A stretch of DNA of 64,000 nucleotides from Acidimicrobiia bacterium (GCA_965203555.1 CBDBCY010000004.1:832001-896000), one strand, 5' to 3'; shown: positions 48,556-58,457, numbered from the stretch's first letter. The notes: generated by a model not told the origin, from the letters alone. Numbers and translations: made by a program.

Positions 48556-48875
48556 ATTTTGCATAATAAACATTTTATAAAACATTTGCCAAATACCAAT
48601 AGTGTCAAACCGCGACCCCATGAGGCAGGCTGGACTACAAACCCGGCCAGGAGCCTTTACGCCCGGTATTTCTGCCGGGAACAACGAAGAGCACTGACGT
48701 CAACTGTCTCTTCATTTTGGCCGAGAAGTTCTCGACACCAGGTTCGCGGTTCTCCGGGAAGGCCTGAGAAAGGCAAGAACTCTTCGATGAGTCCGGACCC
48801 CGCTGCCGTCGGGCGGCGCCGGAGGTCCCGTTCGCGCAGAACCCGGAGCCAGGACGGGGCGAACTCCGCCGGACG

Positions 48876-50291
48876 TCAGTCGCGGAGCCCGGGCAGGTCG
48901 GGGCCGAAACCCTGGCGGAAGTCGAACTCCTCAGTCTCCACCGTGGCGGCCCCCAGTTGCCGGCTGGCTTTCTCGGCGGCGATGATCATGCTCTTGGGGC
49001 CGCACAGCGCGACATGGCCGCCCCTGAGGCCGTCGGGTCCGAAGTGCTCAGCCAGAGTCGACTTCCCGAATCGTCGCCCCTCCGCGGAGGCGATGACCTG
49101 CAGACTGATTCTGCCCTCGGCGTGGGCCTTGCCGAGCAGGTCCATCCCCATCGCGTCAGCCCGGTTTCGCACGCAATAGAACAGCACGGGAGGATTGTCG
49201 GAGTCGGCAGGCATCATCGTCGAGTTGGACAAAAACGGTGTGATGCCCACGCCGCCGGCCACCCAGACGGTCGGGGCGTCGTTTTTGGATGTCTCGAACG
49301 TTCCGTACGGTCCTTCCACCAACACCTCGAGTCCGACCAGATCGGTGTCGTGGAGCTTCGCCGTCCAGTCGCCCAGCCGACGGATGAAAAAGCGCAGATG
49401 GCCCGAGCCGGGCGGCGCGGCGACAGTGAACACATGCGGCTCGGACAGTCCCCGCTTCTGGAACTTCAGGACTGCGAACTGCCCTGCGTGGTAGTCGAGA
49501 TGCCTGCCCACCGGCTCGAGGACGATATCCAGGGCCGTCCCCACCTTCGCCGCGGACACGACCCGGTATCGCAGGCCCCGAAAGATCATGTCGCGCACGA
49601 TCAGACGGTGGAGGCACGCGGCCATCCCGACGGCCATGATGGCGTTCAGGAGTATTCCCGCCCCCGACCAATTCTGAAAGGGCTTCTCGGCGGTGTACAC
49701 GTGCCACACGGCGAACGCGTACGGTACGCCGAACAACTTGTGGGTGAGGCGCCACCATCGGTACGGCATCCATCTGAGAATGCTGAACACGAACAGGACG
49801 AGGCTGATGATGACTGCCGCCGACGCCAACCCGAGCGCGGTGTCGGCAGTCGATTGAGCGACCTCCAGATAGCCGCCGCGGATGCCGGCCGAGCCAGCGT
49901 GGAACAGCATCGTGGGAATAGCCAGCGCGCCGGTCCAGCGATGCACCCGGTAAGCGCGGTCGAGACCGCCGAAAACAGGCTCCAACCACGGGATGCGAAC
50001 GGCCAACACGAAGCTCCAGGACATGAGCACCAGCGACATCGCGCCGATGGTCAGTCCCGACGCGCGGGCGTTGCCGCCGGGTCCCGAACCGCTCGACACC
50101 GCGATCGCCGACGCGAAGACCGACACCACCACGATCGACGGGCCCACCCACCCCAGATGCGGCCGCAGGATGCGGATGCTGGGAGCCTTCAGGCGCCAGT
50201 CCTGGCGACGCCCGAACAACCGCCGCAGTGGCGAGGGCCGCGAGCGGGCACGCGGCAGGGAGCGGGGATACCGGGCGGCATCGGCGACCAT
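48876..50291 (-). CDS. Ferric reductase-like TM domain plus FAD/NAD-binding oxidoreductase (start uncertain)
   Basis: FGGLDRAYRVHRW, WRLTHK, HAGQF, EPHVFT, GDWT, EGPYG, AGGVGITPF, CGP, EEFDFR. Confidence 0.9.
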   Translation of the reverse strand: MVADAARYPRSLPRARSRPSPLRRLFGRRQDWRLKAPSIRILRPHLGWVGPSIVVVSVFASAIAVSSGSGPGGNARASGLTIGAMSLVLMSWSFVLAVRIPWLEPVFGGLDRAYRVHRWTGALAIPTMLFHAGSAGIRGGYLEVAQSTADTALGLASAAVIISLVLFVFSILRWMPYRWWRLTHKLFGVPYAFAVWHVYTAEKPFQNWSGAGILLNAIMAVGMAACLHRLIVRDMIFRGLRYRVVSAAKVGTALDIVLEPVGRHLDYHAGQFAVLKFQKRGLSEPHVFTVAAPPGSGHLRFFIRRLGDWTAKLHDTDLVGLEVLVEGPYGTFETSKNDAPTVWVAGGVGITPFLSNSTMMPADSDNPPVLFYCVRNRADAMGMDLLGKAHAEGRISLQVIASAEGRRFGKSTLAEHFGPDGLRGGHVALCGPKSMIIAAEKASRQLGAATVETEEFDFRQGFGPDLPGLRD

Positions 50292-50302
50292 CCGACGTCG
50301 TT

Positions 50303-51100
50303 CTACTCTCGGCGAATGGTCCTGCGCCACGGGGACCAGCGGGTAGCAGCATAGGCCATGGCCTCGTCGGTGAGCAGCAACCGCGTCGAATTGCCGATGC
50401 GCACGTAGAAATCGGCGGCGCGGCGCCCGCCCGGAGGGTTGGCGAACACGGCCCGAGGATGCGGGTCGACGTCGATGCGGACCACGTTGTGCAATCCGCA
50501 CGGCGGGAACGAGACCCTGATCGAGGCCATCGCGGCACTGCCCAATGTGGATTGGAGCATGTCGGCCAGCCAGAGATGGTAGCGATCGAAGTCGGGCTGC
50601 TTCATGTGCTGCAGGTCGTCGTCGAGTCCTACCGGATGGCCGGCGTCGTCGACCCCGACCAGCAGTGTTCCGCCGCGGCTGTTCAGGAAGCCGGCCACGG
50701 TCTTGGCCACCGCCATCTCGATCCGGGCGTCCCGCCGGCCGGTGCGGACGTTGTGTCGTGCGGTCTGCTTGAACTCGACTTCTTCCGATTCCCCGGCGCC
50801 CAGGATCTCGCTTACGGACTTCGCCGAGCGCTTGGCAACCGCCGACGCCACCGCGGCGTAGACAGCGAGCACACCGACGGACCCGGCGACCGCCGACGCC
50901 ACCGACAGCACCGTCGGCTCGAATGCCGCGCTGCCGCTGAAAAGCGACAACAAGGTCGTTCCGACGCCTGCGCCGACCATGCCCACCAGGATGGTCTCGG
51001 CCCACGACAGCGACACCCGTCGCCTCAGCATCAGGCGAGCGACAGTGCCCAGCACCAGTCCGGCGAGAAGGAACCCGATCCAGGAGAACCCGCTCAGCAC
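50303..51100 (-). CDS. GlsB/YeaQ/YmgE-like TM domain fused to a Schlafen AlbA_2 domain
   Basis: GLVLGTVARLML...TILVGMVGAGVG; GESEEVEFKQT, KTVAGFLNSRGGTLLVGVDD, FYVRIGNST. Confidence 0.88.
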   Translation of the reverse strand: MLSGFSWIGFLLAGLVLGTVARLMLRRRVSLSWAETILVGMVGAGVGTTLLSLFSGSAAFEPTVLSVASAVAGSVGVLAVYAAVASAVAKRSAKSVSEILGAGESEEVEFKQTARHNVRTGRRDARIEMAVAKTVAGFLNSRGGTLLVGVDDAGHPVGLDDDLQHMKQPDFDRYHLWLADMLQSTLGSAAMASIRVSFPPCGLHNVVRIDVDPHPRAVFANPPGGRRAADFYVRIGNSTRLLLTDEAMAYAATRWSPWRRTIRRE

Positions 51101-51331
51101 GGTCGACCCCCGGACGCGCCGACGACGGTACGGGCCGTCACGTCAGTGTCGTCGTCTCTTGGTTCTGTGCGCATCGCTAAGGACCTCATAGTGGTCCGGG
51201 CGTACTGTACCGCCAAACTCTTGTGAGAGGCTCGGGCTGTGAGGGGGGCTAGCAGCCTCACGAACAGCCACTGCCCTCCGGCGCAATCAAGTGGGAGCGC
51301 CGGCGCGCCGGTCACCGGTCGCGGTGAGGGC

Positions 51332-51370
51332 ATCACTGCGATCGGCAACTCCGTCGGCGTCATAGTCCCT
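51332..51370 (+). pseudogene. AbrB/MazE-like antitoxin N-terminal remnant
   Basis: ITAIGNSVGVIVP matches the AbrB N-terminal signature; no start or continuation. Confidence 0.4.
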
Positions 51371-51432
51371 CACCCCCGAGTAACAACCAAGAGCGCCCAA
51401 GCAAACAGAGTCCTTCGCCTCGCCGGGAGAGG

Positions 51433-52323
51433 TCAGTTCTCGGAAGGAGTTTCGCAGGCATCGTCAAACAGTTCTTCGATCCGCTGGAAGAAACCCTCGA
51501 AGTCCTGTCCATCCTCGTTTTCCGAGCCTTCCAGATCTTCGATGTCTTCGACAATGTCCGACAGACTCTGAAAGTCGAGTTCGCAGTCTTCGAGAAAGGC
51601 CAGGTCGGGCAGAATATCTCCGAAGGCGAATCCGAACAATCCCTCAAAAGGCATTTCCCCAAAAGGCATTTCCCCGTCCTCGCTCCATGAGTTCTCTTCC
51701 CAGAACCTCTTCTCTCTGTCCTCCCCGTTGTCGAACCGGTCGGGACTGCCGAACCCGTCGGGCCACCCCATGCCCGGACGGAACCGACCTTCATCCCAAC
51801 GCCTCTCGATGAGACTCCCGATCTCTTCGACGGCCTCTTCGATAAGTTCCTCCAACACCTCATAGGGGATATAGATACCCCTGCGGTCTCCGAACTCCCC
51901 ACCGAGCGGCCCCCTCTCCGGGAACCAACCCCTGCGGTCCCCTTTCCAATCGAATTCTCCATCGAGGCCCGGGAAGGGGCGGAACCGCCTTCCGTCCCGC
52001 CACCGTTTTCCTTCATCGGACCACTCCTCGAGAGGTTTCACCTCGGATGCGGAAAAGCCCTGCTCGTGACGGTCGTCCAACTCCACCCCCCCATCCCCGT
52101 CTTCGTACCAGAGTCCGATCAGCACTCCCGCGCCCAGGAGCAGCACCCCCACTCCCAGCCGCCACCAAAAAGCCCACTTGCCCAAATAGCCGAAAATTCT
52201 GCCCAGGCGTCTTCTTCTGCGGGCCGGGGTCTCGCTCTCCTCCATCGGGGTCTCGCTCTCCTCCATCTCCGAGTCGGGGGATGGTGACGATTCCTCCGGA
52301 TTCCGGTCATGCTGTTCTTCCAT
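51433..52323 (-). CDS. Highly acidic single-TM hypothetical protein
   Basis: gaggag RBS; one TM; D/E/G/F-rich low-complexity ectodomain with two Cys. Confidence 0.7.
   Translation of the reverse strand: MEEQHDRNPEESSPSPDSEMEESETPMEESETPARRRRRLGRIFGYLGKWAFWWRLGVGVLLLGAGVLIGLWYEDGDGGVELDDRHEQGFSASEVKPLEEWSDEGKRWRDGRRFRPFPGLDGEFDWKGDRRGWFPERGPLGGEFGDRRGIYIPYEVLEELIEEAVEEIGSLIERRWDEGRFRPGMGWPDGFGSPDRFDNGEDREKRFWEENSWSEDGEMPFGEMPFEGLFGFAFGDILPDLAFLEDCELDFQSLSDIVEDIEDLEGSENEDGQDFEGFFQRIEELFDDACETPSEN
51646..51675 (+). repeat. 15-bp tandem repeat (GEMPF x2)
   Basis: aaaaggcatttcccc x2. Confidence 0.85.
52225..52266 (+). repeat. 21-bp tandem repeat (MEESETP x2)
   Basis: cggggtctcgctctcctccat x2. 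Confidence 0.85.
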
Positions 52324-52495
52324 GTTGCTCCTCGCTAACCGCGTCTTCTGTTCCGTTGTGTCCCATTACCCATAAAAACACCATAAACACCATGCGGACC
52401 GGCGTCCAGACCCACCGCACGGGGGCGCTGTCCCGACCGGTTCGACTCATGGCGAAGTCGTCACTCTCAACAGATTTGTAGCATTCGGGACATAG

Positions 52496-52804
52496 ATGAA
52501 AGAGCGAGACCGGAACATGAAAGGGCCGCAGGCGCAGTCGGATTCGACGTCGTCCCCGGCAAAATCCCCCCTGAAGAAACCCGCCCTCCCCTGGAGGGTG
52601 GCAGGCGGCGGGCTGATCGCCCTGCTTTTGATCTGGTTCGTCATCCAGAATTCCCACCCGGTGGAAGTCCGCCTGTTCTGGTGGGCCGGCGCTTTCCCCA
52701 TGATCATGGTCCTGGCGGCTGTGGTGGTGGCCACCATCCTGATCCGGGAGACACTGGGGTCGATCAGGCGACGACGACGCAGACGAAGGCCCAAAGGTGG
52801 CTGA
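52496..52804 (+). CDS. LapA/DUF1049 family membrane protein
   Basis: WFVIQNSHPVEVRLFWW, two TM segments, Arg-rich tail. Confidence 0.8.
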   Translation: MKERDRNMKGPQAQSDSTSSPAKSPLKKPALPWRVAGGGLIALLLIWFVIQNSHPVEVRLFWWAGAFPMIMVLAAVVVATILIRETLGSIRRRRRRRRPKGG

Positions 52805-54143
52805 ACGACTGGTGGTCATCGGAGGAGACGCGGCCGGGATGTCCGCGGCCAGCCAGGCGCGAAGGCGCCGGTCAGCCGAAGACCTGAGCATTGTCGCCCT
52901 GGAACGTTCCTCCCATGTCTCCTATTCGGCTTGCGGAGAGCCTTACCATGTAGCCGGCTACGTCGATCCGCTGGAACGGCTCGTGGCCCGTTCGCCCCGG
53001 CAGTTTGAAGACCGTGACATCGAGGTCCGGATCCGCCATGAGGCGGTGGAGATCGACTTGGACATACGTGAAGTCACGGTTCGGGACATCCGGCAGGGCA
53101 ACACCTACCGGCTCGGCTTCGATCAACTGATGGTGGCAACCGGGGCCACCGCGTTGCGGCCGCCGATCAGCGGCATCGACCTGCCCGGGGTCTCGGAACT
53201 GCGGACCCTGGACGACGCGGCCTGGCTGCGACAACGCGCTGACGGCCGCAAGGTTCCGGTAGTGGTGATCGGAGGGGGATACATCGGTTTGGAAACGGCC
53301 GAGGCATTCCACCACCGTGGATTTCCGGTGGTGGTGCTCACTTCCGGCCAGGCCGTCCTGGACCGCACCCTTGATCCCGACCTCGGACTCAAAGTGGTCA
53401 AAGCCCTCGAGGACATGGGGATCAGAGTGGTGACCGAAACCCGGGTCAAGTGCATCAACGGCGCCAAACGGGTGGAGAGCGTGGGATGTGAAGACGAGAC
53501 CCACCCCGCCAATCTGGTGGTGCTGGGTCTTGGTTCGCGTCCCGAGACTGAACTGGCCACCGAAGCCGGGATACCGGTCGGCGACACCGGCGCTATTGCC
53601 GTGGACAGAAGGCAGCGGACCGAGATCGATGGAGTATGGTCGGCCGGAGATTGTTCGCAAGCCATACACCGCGTTACGGGCCGACCAGTCAACTACCACC
53701 TGGGAACTATCGCCAACAAGACCGGACGGGTGGCAGGCATCAACATCGGGGGAGGCAGGGCCGAGTTCCCCGGGGTATTGGGAACGGCTATCACCAAGGT
53801 CTGCGATCTTGAGATCGCCTCGACCGGGCTGACCAGCGGTGCCGCCCGGCAGGCAGGGTTCCAGATCGTGATCGGAGACGCTGCGGGAACTACGACAGCC
53901 GGATACTGGCCGGCCGCCTCGCCCATGACCATCCGGGTTATAGCCGAAGAGTCCAGCAACCGGATCCTGGGCGCCCAGATCGTGGGCGGCCCCGGCGCCG
54001 GTAAGAGAATCGATGTGTTCGCCACGGCCATCTGGAATGACATGACCGCCCGCCAACTGGCCTGGACCGACCTCGCCTACGCTCCCCCATTCTCAGGGGT
54101 GTGGGATTTGATCCATATCGCTGCTCGGCGCACAACCTATTAA
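52797..54143 (+). CDS. CoA-disulfide reductase / NADH oxidase family flavoprotein
   Basis: IGGDAAGMSAA, SYSAC, ATGA, GGGYIGLE, SAGDC, DLAYAPPFS. Confidence 0.92.
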   Translation: MAERLVVIGGDAAGMSAASQARRRRSAEDLSIVALERSSHVSYSACGEPYHVAGYVDPLERLVARSPRQFEDRDIEVRIRHEAVEIDLDIREVTVRDIRQGNTYRLGFDQLMVATGATALRPPISGIDLPGVSELRTLDDAAWLRQRADGRKVPVVVIGGGYIGLETAEAFHHRGFPVVVLTSGQAVLDRTLDPDLGLKVVKALEDMGIRVVTETRVKCINGAKRVESVGCEDETHPANLVVLGLGSRPETELATEAGIPVGDTGAIAVDRRQRTEIDGVWSAGDCSQAIHRVTGRPVNYHLGTIANKTGRVAGINIGGGRAEFPGVLGTAITKVCDLEIASTGLTSGAARQAGFQIVIGDAAGTTTAGYWPAASPMTIRVIAEESSNRILGAQIVGGPGAGKRIDVFATAIWNDMTARQLAWTDLAYAPPFSGVWDLIHIAARRTTY

Positions 54144-54153
54144 CCTCCCCGCT

Positions 54154-55338
54154 ATGAATCGCATCTCACATCGGATCGGCAGCATCGCTCCCTCGGCTAC
54201 CATGGCCGTCTCCGCCAAAGCGAAACAGATGGCCGCGGCAGGAGCAGACGTAGTCAGTTTCGGGCCGGGCGAACCCGACTTTCCTACCCCTCAACATGTG
54301 GTGGAGGAGGCGGCGGCCGCCTGCCGGGACGTGCAGAATCACCGCTACAGCGCCACGCCCGGGCACCAAGACTTGAGGGAGGCGGTGGCTGCCGCAACTT
54401 CCGCCAATTCCAAAGTTGATGTATCTGCGTCCCAGGTGCTGGTCACCAACGGAGGAAAATACGCGGTTTTTGCAGCCTGCGCGGCCCTCCTTGACCCTGG
54501 AGACGAAGTGATAGTTCCTGCTCCGTACTGGGTCTCCTATCCGTGGACAATTCATCTGGCCGGCGGTGTAGCCGTACCGGTTCTGGCCGATCAAAGTACG
54601 GGATTCCAGATAACTATCGACCAACTGGAACAGGCCGTGACCGACCGTACCAAGGCCCTGATCTTTGTCTCTCCCTCCAATCCCACCGGCGCTGTTTACA
54701 GCCCTGCCAAAGTTCGAGAGTTGGCCGAGTGGGCGTCGCAGCGGGGAATCTGGGTGATCGCGGACGAGATCTATGAACATTTCGTCTATGACGGCGCCGA
54801 GTTCTCTTCCATCGCTGCCTTTATGGACGACCGCTGGGTGATCGTCAACGGCGTGGCGAAGGCGTACGCCATGCCGGGCTGGCGGGTAGGGTGGATGGTC
54901 GGGCCGTCCGATGTGATCAAGGCTGCCGTCGGACTGCAGTCCCACTCCACCTCCAACGTGTGCAACGTTGCTCAGAAGGCGGCCTTGGCGGCGCTCACCG
55001 GACCACAGCAGCCGGTGGCGGACATGAGAGACGCCTTTGATCGCCGCCGCCGGACCATGTACGATGCCCTGTCGGCCATGGAGGGGATCGAATGTCTGGT
55101 ACCCCAAGGCGCCTTCTACGCTTTCCCCGACTGCTCCGGCCTCATGGGGCGCAGTCTGGGCGGCAGGAAAGTGCTCAACACCATCCAGTTGGCGGACACC
55201 TTCCTCGAAGAGATCAAAGTAGCGGTTGTACCCGGGGAGGCGTTCGGAGCGCCGGGCTTCGTACGGTTTTCCTATGCCCTTTCGGACCAGGATCTCGCCA
55301 AGGGAATGCAACGTCTCTCCAACTTTCTAGCCAGGTGA
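54154..55338 (+). CDS. Class I PLP aminotransferase (aspartate aminotransferase-like)
   Basis: GEPDFPTP, PYWVSY, SPSNPTG, DEIY, AKAYAMPGWRVG, GAFY. Confidence 0.93.
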   Translation: MNRISHRIGSIAPSATMAVSAKAKQMAAAGADVVSFGPGEPDFPTPQHVVEEAAAACRDVQNHRYSATPGHQDLREAVAAATSANSKVDVSASQVLVTNGGKYAVFAACAALLDPGDEVIVPAPYWVSYPWTIHLAGGVAVPVLADQSTGFQITIDQLEQAVTDRTKALIFVSPSNPTGAVYSPAKVRELAEWASQRGIWVIADEIYEHFVYDGAEFSSIAAFMDDRWVIVNGVAKAYAMPGWRVGWMVGPSDVIKAAVGLQSHSTSNVCNVAQKAALAALTGPQQPVADMRDAFDRRRRTMYDALSAMEGIECLVPQGAFYAFPDCSGLMGRSLGGRKVLNTIQLADTFLEEIKVAVVPGEAFGAPGFVRFSYALSDQDLAKGMQRLSNFLAR

Positions 55339-55482
55339 GGCCCCGGCGCCAAAGGGAAGAGCGGGCGTGACACCCAGCCGCCTGATCGATACATGTAGCA
55401 TCGATTAGGCACCCCTTGGTGGGGATTTCAGCCGACACCCCCGCAAATGTACGCTCTGTCCTCAACAGCCAGAGGGACAGCC

Positions 55483-56562
55483 ATGAGCGGAATCGGCGTA
55501 AAGGCCCAAATATTGGTCGAGCCGCACACCCTGCGACCCCGGACTCTGCCGCGGCGTTCCATTCAGGAGGGGGCATGGTTGGCAGTGGAGGCGACCAGCC
55601 TATCGGGAATAGACGCTCAGGCATGGGCCGGCGAGATCTCCCAGCTGACTTATCCCGTCATCCTGGGGCGGCAGGTGGTGGGCAGGATCGCCGACTCGAT
55701 CAATGGAGATCTGCCGTATCCGATCGGATCCCGAGTCTTGGTGGAGCCGGTCATCCGGTGCCGCCGGTGCTCCTCCTGTCTGGCGGGACTTTCCTTATGC
55801 CGACACCGGCATCCGGTCAACTCTTACGGCCTGATCCCCTCCACCGAGCACCCCGGGCTATGGGGGGGGATGGCCGAGACCCTCTACATCGACCCCAACG
55901 CCCGTCTTCATCAGATCAGTGACGACATCCCGGCCGTGACCGCCACAATCGCTCATGCTCTGGCCGACGGGTGGACATGGGCGGTCCAGAGTCCGCGTCT
56001 GCACCCCGGAGAGAACATTTTGATCCTGGGGCCGGGACCTCGAGGGTTGGCCTGCCTGCTGGCCGCCAAGAGCGCCGGCGCCGGGTGGGTGGGTATCAGT
56101 GGCCTGGATGTGGACTCCGACCGTTTGGAGATGGCCCGAAAACTCGGAGTTGATCTGACCGTCAACGTCACCGGGCAGGACTTGCAAACGGCGGTGGCAA
56201 ACAGCCTCGGTTGCCGCCCTGACGTGGTGGTGGACGTGACATCCAACGATCCCGAAGCTATTTATACGGCTCTTGAGATCGTACGGCCGGGAGGCCAAGT
56301 GATACTGGCCTCAACCAAGGGAGGCAGACCTCTCTACTCGCTGTACTCCGATGTCATCGTCACCAAGCAACTGCAAGTGATGGGAGTACTGGGCCCGTCA
56401 GCGGAAGGGTTCGAGTGGGGAGTAAGGCAGTTGGCGATCGACCCGCGGCTCGACTCCCTGATCAGTCACCAGTTTCCGTTGGACGAGTCTCACCTGGCGG
56501 TGGCAGCCACTTCCGGGAAGTTGGGCCACGAAGAATTGATCTCGGTGGCAATCAGCTTTTGA
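55483..56562 (+). CDS. MDR (Zn-ADH) family protein with altered catalytic Zn ligands
   Basis: CRRCSSC...C, GLWGGMAE, LGPGPRGL; SLSGID and ILGRQ in place of GICGSD and GHE. Confidence 0.82.
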   Translation: MSGIGVKAQILVEPHTLRPRTLPRRSIQEGAWLAVEATSLSGIDAQAWAGEISQLTYPVILGRQVVGRIADSINGDLPYPIGSRVLVEPVIRCRRCSSCLAGLSLCRHRHPVNSYGLIPSTEHPGLWGGMAETLYIDPNARLHQISDDIPAVTATIAHALADGWTWAVQSPRLHPGENILILGPGPRGLACLLAAKSAGAGWVGISGLDVDSDRLEMARKLGVDLTVNVTGQDLQTAVANSLGCRPDVVVDVTSNDPEAIYTALEIVRPGGQVILASTKGGRPLYSLYSDVIVTKQLQVMGVLGPSAEGFEWGVRQLAIDPRLDSLISHQFPLDESHLAVAATSGKLGHEELISVAISF

Positions 56563-56584
56563 CGCCGATTACCAAAGCCGGACG

Positions 56585-57898
56585 GTGACCGGATTGACCC
56601 CCGCACCGGACTGGCAGCCGTCTCGTTCCTCGGTCTGGGCCTGGGTCGGTTATGACTTGGCCAATACCATTTTCTCGCTGGGAGTGATCGGGCTCTATCT
56701 TCCCCAGTGGATCTTGGAGGAGGGACTTGCCGATTCGGCGTTGTCGTTGGCCACCGCCGGGGCCGGAATGGCCGTGGCTTTCCTGGCGCCCTGGGTGGGG
56801 GCCAGGACCGACTACCAGGAAAACAGAATCGGCGCCTTGGCGATCACGACCGGCATGGCCGTGGCGGGGACCTCCTTGTTGGCGATAGGACCAACCCTGC
56901 TTACCATGGTCATCTTTGCCGTTTCCCTCATTGGATTCCATGTGGGATCAGCTGTCTACGACTCTTTACTTCTGGATGTAAGCACCCCCCAGACCCGCAG
57001 TCGCGTGTCAGGACTGGGAGTGGCGATCGGATACGTGGGGTCCTTCATCGGATTGGGGATCGGTTCTGTGGTTCTGGGTATGGGAGGGGAGTACTCAACA
57101 GTCTTCCGTTCCCTGGCGGTCGGCTTCGCGGTCTTTTCCCTGCCCGCTTTCTTCCTGATACGCCCCGCTCCCCGACCGGCGCCGGTGGGTGATCCTCCAC
57201 CCCTTTGGAGAATCCTCGGGGAACTGTTCAGATCATGGAAGGCCACCAGGCAATACCCGAACCTGACGCGATTCCTGGTGGGCCGGTTTTGCTATACGGA
57301 GACAGTTAATACCCTCATCGGCGGGTTCCTGGCCATCTACGCAACGGAAGAGGCGGGATTAACCACCTCGGAGGTCACCGTGCTGCTGGGCGCCGCCATA
57401 GCCGCTTCCATGGCCGGCGGGTTCTTCGGTGGTTGGCTGGCTGCCCGCTTCGGACCCGGGCCGGCAGTGCGCCTGATCCTGAAATTGTGGATAGTGACCA
57501 TCGCCTTGGGGGTAACCGCCGGCATAACCGGCGTCACCGTCTTGATCTGGATAGCGGGCCTGTCCGGCGGTGTGGCGTTGGGTGCACTGTGGGCCACAGA
57601 CCGGGTGCTGATGACCGGTCTCTCCCCACCCCACCGTCTCGGGGAATTCTATGGCCTGTACGCCACTGTGGGAAGGTTCGCCGCAGTTCTCGGACCGTTG
57701 CTTTGGGGTTTCATAGTGGATGTTCTGAAATGGCGCCGGCATGCGGCCATGATCAGTTTGATGGTCGTGGCGGGGATCGCTCTCTATATCCTCAGGGAGG
57801 TCAATCCCCCGGTCGCCTACGAACCTTCCCCTTCCGACCCCGGCCCTGATGGATACACTACAGAAACCGATCCACCCAAAGATCCGTTGGGAACGTAG
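56585..57898 (+). CDS. MFS transporter (BtlA/UMF1-like)
   Basis: WVGYDLANT, YDSLL, VSGLGVAIGYVG, GEFYGLY, GPLLWG. Confidence 0.9.
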   Translation: MTGLTPAPDWQPSRSSVWAWVGYDLANTIFSLGVIGLYLPQWILEEGLADSALSLATAGAGMAVAFLAPWVGARTDYQENRIGALAITTGMAVAGTSLLAIGPTLLTMVIFAVSLIGFHVGSAVYDSLLLDVSTPQTRSRVSGLGVAIGYVGSFIGLGIGSVVLGMGGEYSTVFRSLAVGFAVFSLPAFFLIRPAPRPAPVGDPPPLWRILGELFRSWKATRQYPNLTRFLVGRFCYTETVNTLIGGFLAIYATEEAGLTTSEVTVLLGAAIAASMAGGFFGGWLAARFGPGPAVRLILKLWIVTIALGVTAGITGVTVLIWIAGLSGGVALGALWATDRVLMTGLSPPHRLGEFYGLYATVGRFAAVLGPLLWGFIVDVLKWRRHAAMISLMVVAGIALYILREVNPPVAYEPSPSDPGPDGYTTETDPPKDPLGT

Positions 57899-58364
57899 TA
57901 GGTCATACCTTCCTCGTCACGGAGGATGGTCACCCGGGGACGGATGTCCACCACCTCCCCAACCGCAGAGCCGCTCTTGACCTTGTCCCCGATCCGGTAC
58001 TGGTCCTCAGCCAGGATGAAGAAGCCGGCAATCACATCCTGGACCAAACCCCTGGCCCCCAAGCCGATTGCCACACCTGCCGCCGACGCAACCGCCAGGA
58101 ATGGCGCAAGCGGCAATCCCCACACCGCGATGATCATAATCCTCACGTTACCAGGAAAGCGATCAGGATGACCCTGCGCACCAATGACCACAAAGAAGCG
58201 GCTCGCGTCCCGTGGTCATCGCCCCGCTCGGCCATCTCTCCGACCACGCGTCTCCCTGTCCTCTTCACGACCAAATGAAGGATCCAAAGACCCAGCGCGG
58301 TGATAATCGTCCCCAGCATCTCATCTGCAAATTGCCACTCTGTGACGGATGACCACATGATCAA
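57817..58364 (-). pseudogene. Frameshifted and truncated MscS mechanosensitive channel
   Basis: N-terminal TM ORF stops at 58143; the other frame gives GVAIGLGARGLVQDVIAGFFILAEDQYRIGD...YYVPNG and then loses similarity inside the MFS 3' end. Confidence 0.75.
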
Positions 58365-58457
58365 AAGCTCCCATTCCGGTCGGGTAATAGGGACAAGTAG
58401 AAGCAGCGTTCGCTACCTACACTTTAACCGGGTTATCTCATCCTTTTTCCCTTCGCC

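Noticed and set aside
48540-48600. Fur or IdeR box upstream of the imelysin operon
   Set aside because: AT-rich with AAACATTT twice and a short palindrome, but no convincing consensus match.
48876-51005. 709-aa fusion ORF
   Set aside because: Its N-terminal part is an off-frame read of the Schlafen gene; only the reductase portion is protein-like.
58143-58145. TGA in mscS as another Sec codon
   Set aside because: Similarity continues in a different frame, with no Cys context or hairpin.
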